Positions 14,357 through 21,172 of a stretch of 39,524 nt of DNA are shown piece after piece. A program made the translations under genes and the position numbers. The stretch lies in the IMG/VR virus record IMGVR_UViG_3300045988_026467, one strand, 5' to 3'. Position 1 is the first letter of the stretch. The number at the start of each line of letters is the position of its first letter. The notes under the pieces are model-generated. The model was not told the DNA's origin and made no database searches. It was given only the letters and a program-made list of their open reading frames with translations. This stretch comes from a virus.

Positions 14357-14686
14357 TTAATCAATCGGATGGATGGTTTCACCGTCCAGTCGCTTGTGAT
14401 AACTCTTGAGTGATGATTCGACTTTTGCAACCCGTTCTCGCAGGGTCGCAATGTCCTCTCTGAAATTGCGGTTTTCGGTTTTAATTTCTTTCAAATCATC
14501 CGAAATCATTTCCAGTTTCATCATCACAAGAGTGTCGTTCTTTGTCTCCTCTTTGGTATCGCTGACCGCTTTCTCTGCTTCTGCCTTGGTGTCGTTCTTT
14601 TCATTCCTCTTTTTCGTACTCAGTCCGAAATACAACGCTCCGGCGACAGAGATGCCAGTCAACAGGATTGAAACCTCAATGGTCAT
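14357..14686 (-). CDS. N-terminally anchored coiled-coil protein (109 aa), hypothetical
   Basis: Start moved to MTIEVSILLTGISVAGALYFGL (ATG 14686) with GAGGAGGGAG upstream. Coiled-coil segment LKEIKTENRNFREDIATLRERVAKVESSLK. Confidence 0.55.
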   Translation of the reverse strand: MTIEVSILLTGISVAGALYFGLSTKKRNEKNDTKAEAEKAVSDTKEETKNDTLVMMKLEMISDDLKEIKTENRNFREDIATLRERVAKVESSLKSYHKRLDGETIHPID

Positions 14687-14915
14687 CTGCTGCTCCCTCC
14701 TCAAGCGGTTCGCCGTCGTCGGTGTCAATAATGTGACGGAGGTGGTATTCATTCACATCCATCTTTCTCTCTGCCTCTGAGACCATGCCTCTGAGTTCTT
14801 TCTTGACCTGCTCCTCGACTTTCGACCGCTCAATCTCTGTCTGTTGTCTTTTCACGATGTCCGACAGGGTGTTGATGATGTCGCACATCTCTGAAATCAA
14901 TTCAAGCGGTCTCAT
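14676..14915 (-). CDS. Hypothetical protein (79 aa)
   Basis: ORF track. ATGA overlap with the XkdX-like ORF stop. Confidence 0.55.
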   Translation of the reverse strand: MRPLELISEMCDIINTLSDIVKRQQTEIERSKVEEQVKKELRGMVSEAERKMDVNEYHLRHIIDTDDGEPLEEGAADDH

Positions 14916-15055
14916 GATTCCGTTCTTTCCTCTCCGGTGATGTAGGTGTATTCTGCATCGGTAATCTTGCCGGATGCAGCACGTTCCGCAATCTGTTCTT
15001 TCGTGAGTTTTCCTGCCTCATACAGTCTCTTGAAACTTTCTACGACGATTCGCAT
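14912..15055 (-). CDS. XkdX-family small phage protein (47 aa)
   Basis: Own translation: MRIVVESFKRLYEAGKLTKEQIAERAASGKITDAEYTYITGEERTES. Fits the XkdX pattern (...G.iT.eeY..ITGe). Confidence 0.65.
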   Translation of the reverse strand: MRIVVESFKRLYEAGKLTKEQIAERAASGKITDAEYTYITGEERTES

Positions 15056-15408
15056 TATAACAATCCCTCCTCTACCAGTTGCAAGGTGTACTCGTCAATC
15101 ACTGCGGATTTCTGAAAATCTGTCACACTGCTGACGATTTCGCTCTTGTTGGTGTTGACAACCTCCTGCACAAGTTTCATCTGCTGATACTCGTCCAGTG
15201 TCAACTCACGCTCCTCACGTTCCCATCCGACGACCTTTGTTCCATCCTCCTCAACCTTGGTCTTTTCCACGACATTGCGTCTCTGATAGACCGTTGTTGG
15301 AGAGAGTGTCTCGTCGAACTCCTGCGGTTTCTCCGGTTCTGTTCCGAATACTGTTCTCCACTCTTTCACGCTTTTCTTTCTCCTTTCGCCTTGAATGCTT
15401 GCTGACAA
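15055..15408 (-). CDS. Acidic hypothetical protein (104-117 aa)
   Basis: The track ORF starts at TTG 15408. A GTG at 15369 with AAGGAGAAAG upstream is a better start. Overlaps the RT 3' end out of frame. Confidence 0.5.
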   Translation of the reverse strand: MSASIQGERRKKSVKEWRTVFGTEPEKPQEFDETLSPTTVYQRRNVVEKTKVEEDGTKVVGWEREERELTLDEYQQMKLVQEVVNTNKSEIVSSVTDFQKSAVIDEYTLQLVEEGLL

Positions 15409-16504
15409 TCCGTTTCAGTTTCTTGACATTCACATACGGCTTGACCCTGTCTTGATACATGCCATAAGTGTCCGTGTGGGTGAGGTATCCCATGTATGAC
15501 AGGATTGCCGTTGCGTCATACCATGTGATTTTGTCTTTCTTCGCCACCCTGTTGACTTTTCTTGTGCAACTGAGCATGATTGATTCTCTCAGAATCGTCC
15601 GGTCTTGGTGGAACTCAAAACCCATAAAGTCGAGCGGTCTGCCCTTGACCTTTCCGGTCTTTCTTTCCACATACTCAAACCGGAATACCTGCCAGTTGTC
15701 TTTCATTTTTAAGTTGAGACGTTCTCTCAAAAAATCATCAATCGCAATCCGCATCCGGTGCAATTCTTTTTTATTCCTGCCGAACACGACCATGTCATCC
15801 ATGTATCTGATATAGTGTGCAGCATGTAACTGTTCTTTGATGTAGTGGTCGAGTGGCTGCAACATGAAATTCGATAGCCACTGCGATGTGTAGAAACCGA
15901 GTGGCAATCCCTGCTCGCTGCCGTCGATAATCAAGAACAGGATGTTGAGCATCCTTTTGTCTCTGATTTTCTTCTCAAGCCACGCCTTGAGGGCGTCATG
16001 GTCGACACTCTCGAAAAAGTGCCGTATATCCATCTTGAGGATATATTTGCAATTCTTGAGGTCAGTATGTATCCATCTTTCGATGTACTTCTTTCCGTAG
16101 TGAGCACCCCTGTTCGGAACGCTCCCACATGAGAACTCATACATGCCTTGCATAAATATGTCATAGCAAGCCGACACCACTATATGATGAACCACTTGCT
16201 CATAATTGTATCGAGGTTTCTCAATGAGCCTCTGTTTCTTGCTCGTTCCCTCGTTGATTCTCACCTTGCCATGTTTGGCAGGTCTCCACGCCTTTTCCGG
16301 ATTCGGTACGTCATACCCCTCCGGTGCTGTGTTGGATAGTTGCTCGATGACCGTTTCAACGTGTCTCTGAATGTTTTCCGGTTTCAGTATCACGGCAACG
16401 TCAGACCGCTCGGTCTTTCCCTTTGCTGCAATGTGAAACTTTTTCTCTACGTTGCTATGCTCAAGCATAGGTTCAAACAGGTTGTTGACGGATTTCTTTC
16501 CCAT
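15251..16504 (-). CDS. DGR-type reverse transcriptase
   Basis: 417 aa. YIRYMDDMVVFG (YxDD catalytic motif). GLPLGFYTSQWLSNF carries the DGR signature [LIV]GxxxSQ. Starts 141 nt downstream of the template repeat. Confidence 0.9.
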   Translation of the reverse strand: MGKKSVNNLFEPMLEHSNVEKKFHIAAKGKTERSDVAVILKPENIQRHVETVIEQLSNTAPEGYDVPNPEKAWRPAKHGKVRINEGTSKKQRLIEKPRYNYEQVVHHIVVSACYDIFMQGMYEFSCGSVPNRGAHYGKKYIERWIHTDLKNCKYILKMDIRHFFESVDHDALKAWLEKKIRDKRMLNILFLIIDGSEQGLPLGFYTSQWLSNFMLQPLDHYIKEQLHAAHYIRYMDDMVVFGRNKKELHRMRIAIDDFLRERLNLKMKDNWQVFRFEYVERKTGKVKGRPLDFMGFEFHQDRTILRESIMLSCTRKVNRVAKKDKITWYDATAILSYMGYLTHTDTYGMYQDRVKPYVNVKKLKRIVSKHSRRKEKEKRERVENSIRNRTGETAGVRRDTLSNNGLSETQCRGKDQG

Positions 16505-16645
16505 TTCTTTCTTATCACCTCAAGGTCTTTCTTTTCCAATACTCGACCCTGCCTGCATCGGTATCATTTTCACTGGTTAGCAGTGTCTCAACTGCCTGCG
16601 GTGTAGGAATGCGGTGTGCTTTTGGTTATACGCTCCGTCATTTGA

Positions 16646-16757
16646 TAAGATTGGCTCGCCCCGATGTTCGTGTTCACGTTCGTCGCAAGGTTGTTCAAAT
16701 TCCAGTACGAGAGACCGCACTTCGACCCGTTGCCACGGTTGCCACCGAACAGGGCAA
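16646..16757 (-). repeat. DGR template repeat (TR), 112 bp
   Basis: Aligns without gaps to 16987..17098 (offset 341). Holds 26 adenines on the coding (minus) strand. In the target frame it encodes 7 AAC and 1 AAT codons. Confidence 0.9.
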
Positions 16758-16814
16758 GGACGCACACCGAATCCCCTCATGTATAGGGTCATCATTTTTA
16801 TAATCACGTCGGAG

Positions 16815-16823
16815 ATTCTACCA
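16815..16823 (-). promoter_or_regulatory. Candidate extended -10 promoter for the TR-RT transcript
   Basis: The minus strand reads TGGTAGAAT, about 58 nt upstream of the TR. No good -35 element. Confidence 0.35.
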
Positions 16824-16857
16824 CGAAAAAGTCGCTTTGTGTCGTCTCCTCGTCCTG

Positions 16858-16876
16858 TTTCCAACATCGTGGAAAT
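16858..16876. promoter_or_regulatory. Third copy of the TTTCCA-N6-TGGAAA palindrome
   Basis: The minus strand reads ATTTCCA-cgatgt-TGGAAA. The arms match those of the tandem sites at 8417..8469. Confidence 0.6.
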
Positions 16877-16896
16877 TCTACTCAGTGGCGAGACAC

Positions 16897-16974
16897 TCGG
16901 AGGGTAAACCCTCCGAACCTCCCTTTGCGGATGGGGAAACCCCCTCCGTTCCTCCCCCTGCTGCTTACGCAGCA
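16897..16974 (-). promoter_or_regulatory. Three consecutive GC-rich hairpins between the target-gene stop and the TR
   Basis: 16959..16974: TGCTGC/GCAGCA with a 4-nt loop that overlaps the TAA stop (loop 16965..16968, stop 16965..16967). 16928..16948: CGGAtGGGG/CCCCcTCCG. 16897..16916: TCGGAGGGT/ACCCTCCGA. None has a U-run. Confidence 0.6.
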
Positions 16975-18197
16975 ACAGGCGGTTTGCAAGAAAGGCTCGC
17001 CCCGATGATCGTGTCCACGACCGTCGCAAGGTGGTGCAAAAGCCAGCACGAGAGACCGCACCACGACCCGTCGCCACGGTCGCCACCGAACAGGGCAACA
17101 TCCAACTGAGCGTTGTTGAACCAAAAACCATCACACTCGTATGTGGTCTCGCTTCCGGATGCTTTCACCGGAACTCTGCCTCCGTCCGTCATACGCATCT
17201 CAGACAGGTATCCTCCGGATGTTCCGGCAGGCACAAGACCCGTGCTGATGTATCCTGCTCCGGTGCTGTCGTATGGTGGAACGAATTTCACTTTGATGTT
17301 TCCGTTGTCGTTGATAAGTCCACGGATTCGTTTCCAGTAGTTGCCATAGAAATTCTCACAATAGAACATCTTGACACCTGCTGCCGTTCCGCTTGTTCCA
17401 TAGAACTGACCCTTGCCGTTGAGTGTTCCGGTTGCAAGGAAATTGTCTGATGTGCTGCATCCCATGCCGAACTTTGTCTGCGAGTTCGTGTTCTTTGAAA
17501 TCAGAGTACACATCTCATACATGAGGTTGCATTCTGAAAATGAGAGTTTATCCCATCTGTCGCCGTTCTGCTGTGCTGCTGTGGTTTCCTGTGCATCTGT
17601 AAGCGATGCCGATACCGTCTGACCGGACAGCGAACGCATACGGTTGTTGATAACTGAACCCTCATACATAGGGAAATATGTCACAGGCAGGACATTTCCG
17701 TCTGCATCTGTGTGAGCGTATGCGTGATAGGTGTCATCATACTGAGTTTCGCAGAATACAACGAAATCATAATTGTTCTGAGACCATCTCTTGACCCAAA
17801 TCAGTGGAATCTCAGACATTGCATTCCCACCGTAGGCAGTGGATGCGACTGCGGATGGAGTGCCATCCAGTTTCAAGGCGTGATTCTCATGATTCAATTC
17901 ATAGTCCACTGTTCCGTCGGTTCTCAGCATGACCGGACGGTTATTCTTTACAAACCACAAGTCTCCCCAGTCGCCGTAATCAAACGCCCCTGCACTGTAA
18001 TTCATTCCGGCAGGTGTCATCCCGACGGCATCAAAAAGATATGTGACACGGGTTGCCGGATTGCTGTCGAGCCTGTTGATTCTCATGCCGTATCTTTTAG
18101 GTTTCTCTGCTGCTCCACTGATGATTTTTTCTGTATTTGCGAGAATCTTCTGCGAGGTCGATTCTTTCGCCATGAATATTCTGTCTCCTGCTGCCAT
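16965..18197 (-). CDS. DGR target: receptor-binding tail-fibre protein with a C-terminal variable region (C-type-lectin-like fold inferred)
   Basis: 410 aa. The last 44 codons include the VR (ALFGGDRGDGSWCGLSCWLLHHLATVVDTIIGASLSC). Positioned after the BppU-like and Mtd_N-like tail genes. Confidence 0.85.
   Translation of the reverse strand: MAAGDRIFMAKESTSQKILANTEKIISGAAEKPKRYGMRINRLDSNPATRVTYLFDAVGMTPAGMNYSAGAFDYGDWGDLWFVKNNRPVMLRTDGTVDYELNHENHALKLDGTPSAVASTAYGGNAMSEIPLIWVKRWSQNNYDFVVFCETQYDDTYHAYAHTDADGNVLPVTYFPMYEGSVINNRMRSLSGQTVSASLTDAQETTAAQQNGDRWDKLSFSECNLMYEMCTLISKNTNSQTKFGMGCSTSDNFLATGTLNGKGQFYGTSGTAAGVKMFYCENFYGNYWKRIRGLINDNGNIKVKFVPPYDSTGAGYISTGLVPAGTSGGYLSEMRMTDGGRVPVKASGSETTYECDGFWFNNAQLDVALFGGDRGDGSWCGLSCWLLHHLATVVDTIIGASLSCKPPVAA
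16987..17098 (-). repeat. DGR variable repeat (VR), 112 bp
   Basis: 96 of 112 positions match the TR. All 16 differences correspond to TR coding-strand adenines. Confidence 0.9.
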
Positions 18198-18583
18198 TAT
18201 TCTGTTACCTCCTCTGTAATTTCCTCAAAGTACAACGTGCCGTTCGAGATACCCATTCGGTACTTGATAGCCGTTACATCGTCCTCAAGTTCGACCGTGG
18301 TCGCCAGTGCTTTCATTTCTGCCAGTAGCTCCGTGCCTTTAGCGACAAGATTGTTGTAATAGGTCTGAGAATCCACATCCATTCCGGTCTTGATTTCTCT
18401 GACCTCCTCGATGTCGAATGTGACAGGCAAGTCCATGAACTCACTTGCTCCATTTCCCACTCTGATGATTCGGTGACCGTCCGCTGTGGTTTCAAGTCCG
18501 AGTTCTCCGTCGTCAAGAACTCGCTTGCTCTCCGTCCATTCGGCGGTCGTTCCTTTTTTTAACGTGATTGTTGCTGTTGCCAT
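18197..18583 (-). CDS. Tail fibre / baseplate protein with an Mtd_N-like (hyaluronidase-type) N-terminal motif (128 aa)
   Basis: ITLKKGTTAEWTESKRVLDDGELGLETTADGHRIIRVGNGASEFMDLP fits the l.lRRGt.aeW...NpvL..GE.g.EtDt...KiGDG...w..Lp pattern. Confidence 0.65.
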   Translation of the reverse strand: MATATITLKKGTTAEWTESKRVLDDGELGLETTADGHRIIRVGNGASEFMDLPVTFDIEEVREIKTGMDVDSQTYYNNLVAKGTELLAEMKALATTVELEDDVTAIKYRMGISNGTLYFEEITEEVTE

Positions 18584-18599
18584 CTGTTTTCACCTCTTT

Positions 18600-19442
18600 C
18601 TATATTGTGTGAGACGTTCCGGCTATGTATTTATCATAGTCGGTCGTGAACGGTGTTCCTCCCTTTACAAGCAGGAGTTCGGTACTGGTTGGCGTTCCCC
18701 CGTCCACATTGATGTTGATGTCTGTTTCGAGTTGCTGAATGCGTTCATAGTAGTCTCTGACTGCTGCAAGGATGGCATCAAGACCGCTCTGCTCGATGAT
18801 GATTTTGTTTGCCTCCTCGGTTGCCTTGAGACACGCTGCTGTCTGCTCTGCTGCCTTGGCGATTTCCTCGGCACATTCTACAATGATTTTCGCCGTGGAA
18901 TCCTCTCTCCGGCTCTCTTTGATTTCTCTTGCTTTCTCAGCAGTCTCTCTCGCCTTTTCTGCTGCTACACGCAACGCCTCGGCTGCGTCGATGCTGTTCT
19001 GAGTATCCTGTGCAATTTGGAGAGCCTCTCTTGCTGCTGCAATCGTGTTCTCAAGTCTTGTGTATTCTCCGGAGTGGACGATTTCTGATTCATCTCTCTG
19101 TGATGGAAATATCTCCATCTCGAACGTGGCACTTGTCAGCAACGCACCGTTTTGGTATAACTGAATTTCACATTGAGCAGTGCCGTGAACCATGAGCATT
19201 CCTCTCGTTAATGGAACGAGTGCCTCGTTTCCGGACTTTTCTCCGTCGTTGTGAACGTGGGTCTTGTCCGGCTTTGTCATATTGATGATAATTTCGGCAT
19301 TGTCCGGAATCTCATAGACGACGCCGTCCTCCAATAAAGTGACGCCGACGTATCTTGTTCCCATATCCATCTGCTTGGCTGCCACCGCAAAATGTTGAGT
19401 GTCGCCATATAAATCCACTTTGATGTGTCTAATGATATTCAC
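18600..19442 (-). CDS. BppU-like baseplate upper protein (280 aa)
   Basis: N-terminal Ig-like module (AKQMDMGTRYVGVTLLEDG...INMTKPDKTHV...CEIQLYQNGALLTSATFEMEIFPS) followed by a coiled coil. Start moved to GTG 19442 with GGAGGTGAGAAA upstream. Confidence 0.6.
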   Translation of the reverse strand: MNIIRHIKVDLYGDTQHFAVAAKQMDMGTRYVGVTLLEDGVVYEIPDNAEIIINMTKPDKTHVHNDGEKSGNEALVPLTRGMLMVHGTAQCEIQLYQNGALLTSATFEMEIFPSQRDESEIVHSGEYTRLENTIAAAREALQIAQDTQNSIDAAEALRVAAEKARETAEKAREIKESRREDSTAKIIVECAEEIAKAAEQTAACLKATEEANKIIIEQSGLDAILAAVRDYYERIQQLETDININVDGGTPTSTELLLVKGGTPFTTDYDKYIAGTSHTI

Positions 19443-19458
19443 TTTCTCACCTCCATTC

Positions 19459-20451
19459 TCACGAGAGTTCCTGCTCGGTCTTTTGAACCTCCTCGAATGA
19501 CAATCTCGTATTTGCCAGTTCAACCTTGTTTCGTTCCTTGGTTAGCGGATATTCATAGAATTTCACGACCCTGTGTTTCTCTCTGAGGTTTGTTGATTTT
19601 GAAATCAGCAGCACCGTGTCTCCCAGTCCGACCGAGAACACCTCTTTGTATTCCTCAGATACCTCGGCGAGATTGATGACGTCTGCGGTGTAGGACTTGT
19701 ATGGTTTTGAGAGTTCATCCAGTTTCGCCTCGCCGTCCTCCTGCAATGATTCTCGAACGGTGTATCGTTCATCTTTCCATGTGCAGGTCTTGACTTTCTT
19801 TGAATACTGATAGTTTTCGACGTAGTTCTTGCCATCTATATCAAGCATCAAGCCATCTTTCCCGATGCATATTAGTCTCGTGCAGAAATCGTATGAGTTC
19901 GACTGAATCTGCAATCGTTTGAGATTCAATCTCTCCATGAAATACGCTCCTTTGTCCTCGCCTATCTTTTCATAGATTGCGATTGTTTTAGCAATCGAAT
20001 CGAATTTGATTTCGCATCTGTATGTAGTGATGACCGATTGAATGATGCTCCATGCGGAACAGTTGGAATCCGATGACACCGTCCTTTTTTTGGTTGGCTC
20101 GCAAAGAATCACTTTCCACTCCGTTCCATCAATCGCCGTTTCGACACATTCCTCTGCCGTGACCTCTGTTGTCTTGAATCCTGTCGGGAACTGTTTCCCC
20201 TCAAGGCTCTCCACATTCATCGCTGCGGTGCATTTATACCATGAATCTGACGGCTCAATCTGTTTGATGACAAACTCGTCGCTCTGTGTCCGGATATACC
20301 CCTCCTCTTTGATTGAGGACGCATACGGGTTTTCTTTCCGGAACATGAATGTCAATTCCTTGTCTCCGGTTTTCAGTGTACTTGTGATGCATATTTCTTT
20401 CACTCCGAACAGATTGCACACTTTTATGTGCATATCATTGAATAGTTCCAT
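19459..20451 (-). CDS. Tail-associated (Tal-like) baseplate hub protein, short form (330 aa)
   Basis: Lies directly after Dit. RBS AGGAGGTG. The call rests on position and size. Confidence 0.6.
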   Translation of the reverse strand: MELFNDMHIKVCNLFGVKEICITSTLKTGDKELTFMFRKENPYASSIKEEGYIRTQSDEFVIKQIEPSDSWYKCTAAMNVESLEGKQFPTGFKTTEVTAEECVETAIDGTEWKVILCEPTKKRTVSSDSNCSAWSIIQSVITTYRCEIKFDSIAKTIAIYEKIGEDKGAYFMERLNLKRLQIQSNSYDFCTRLICIGKDGLMLDIDGKNYVENYQYSKKVKTCTWKDERYTVRESLQEDGEAKLDELSKPYKSYTADVINLAEVSEEYKEVFSVGLGDTVLLISKSTNLREKHRVVKFYEYPLTKERNKVELANTRLSFEEVQKTEQELS

Positions 20452-20461
20452 CCTGCACCTC

Positions 20462-21169
20462 CTAGAGCCACATTGGATTGTATTCCAGTGTCACAATGAT
20501 GTTCTTGTCTGAAAATATGAGATGATGTTCTCTGTCCTCTCCGGTTTTCAAGAATGGAAACTCCATCATGCCGTCGACATCCCCGAACTTGTTTGCTCCG
20601 TCCATCGTGATGAATCCTTTGGTCGAATCAATCACGACTGTCGCTCCTCTCGGAATAACATTGATTGTCAACTCGTCGGAGAAACCGTTGATTTTCAACA
20701 CCTCGATGTATTCCAGTGCCGTGATGCTCAGTTTGCACGGTGACCACCTGTTCCCTGCTGCCTCGAATTTTGCCTCATGTACTTCCTGCCATGTGAGTGT
20801 CACTGTATCGCTGAACCAGTATCCGTTGAATGTGAACTCTGCTTTGTACCTCGTTCCGGTGATGGTCTTGTTGAGTGTGTTGCCCGTCATGTATGCCTTG
20901 AATTTTCTCTCGTATCCATCCAGTGTCAAAATGACACCTTTTTGCAACATGGCATTGAAATCACTGACATATCTCTGTATTTCATTTCTTGTCTGCCCTC
21001 TGAAATAAATCTCAACCGTGAGTTCTGACAGTGGTGTGTATGTCTCAGATTCCGACGGGGTCAATGCCCCGTCGAATAGTTCCACGTTCACGGCTGTGGA
21101 TGGAGGTGTGTATGAGACTTTTAACTGCTTGGCACTGAATGTCCGAATGTCCGTGTTGTTAATCTGCAT
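20462..21169 (-). CDS. Distal tail protein (Dit, siphovirus tail component)
   Basis: 235 aa, immediately downstream of the tape measure gene. RBS GAGGAGGT. Confidence 0.65.
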   Translation of the reverse strand: MQINNTDIRTFSAKQLKVSYTPPSTAVNVELFDGALTPSESETYTPLSELTVEIYFRGQTRNEIQRYVSDFNAMLQKGVILTLDGYERKFKAYMTGNTLNKTITGTRYKAEFTFNGYWFSDTVTLTWQEVHEAKFEAAGNRWSPCKLSITALEYIEVLKINGFSDELTINVIPRGATVVIDSTKGFITMDGANKFGDVDGMMEFPFLKTGEDREHHLIFSDKNIIVTLEYNPMWL

Positions 21170-21172
21170 TTT

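Larger units (their letters stand above)
15251..18197 (-). mobile_element. Diversity-generating retroelement cassette: target gene with VR, then TR, then RT
   Basis: See the TR, VR and RT features. All 16 TR/VR mismatches sit at template adenines. Confidence 0.9.

Noticed and set aside
15055-15408. ORF next to the RT considered as an Avd candidate
   Set aside because: It is strongly acidic (Glu-rich), whereas Avd proteins are basic four-helix bundles. Its position before an XkdX-like gene fits a tail-module protein instead.
15251-16504. Alternative readings of the RT as a retron or group II intron reverse transcriptase
   Set aside because: The adjacent TR/VR pair has adenine-only mismatches, and the LGxxxSQ motif (rather than QGxxxSP-type) points to a DGR. 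I saw no intron maturase/endonuclease domains and no msr/msd-like inverted repeats.
16577-17134. 185-aa minus-strand ORF spanning TR, spacer and VR; considered as a possible avd or second DGR gene
   Set aside because: It has no RBS and overlaps the fibre gene out of frame. Its repeated PCPVRW.PW.RV segments are simply TR and VR read in a non-target frame. Its composition is unlike a helical-bundle protein.
17712-18359. 215-aa plus-strand ORF, and similar long plus-strand ORFs at 21387..21860, 22617..23369, 23385..23897, 28275..28799, 28845..29435 and 37745..38290
   Set aside because: They are antisense shadows of well-supported minus-strand structural or replication genes. They lack RBSs and have Ser/Leu/Cys-rich composition.
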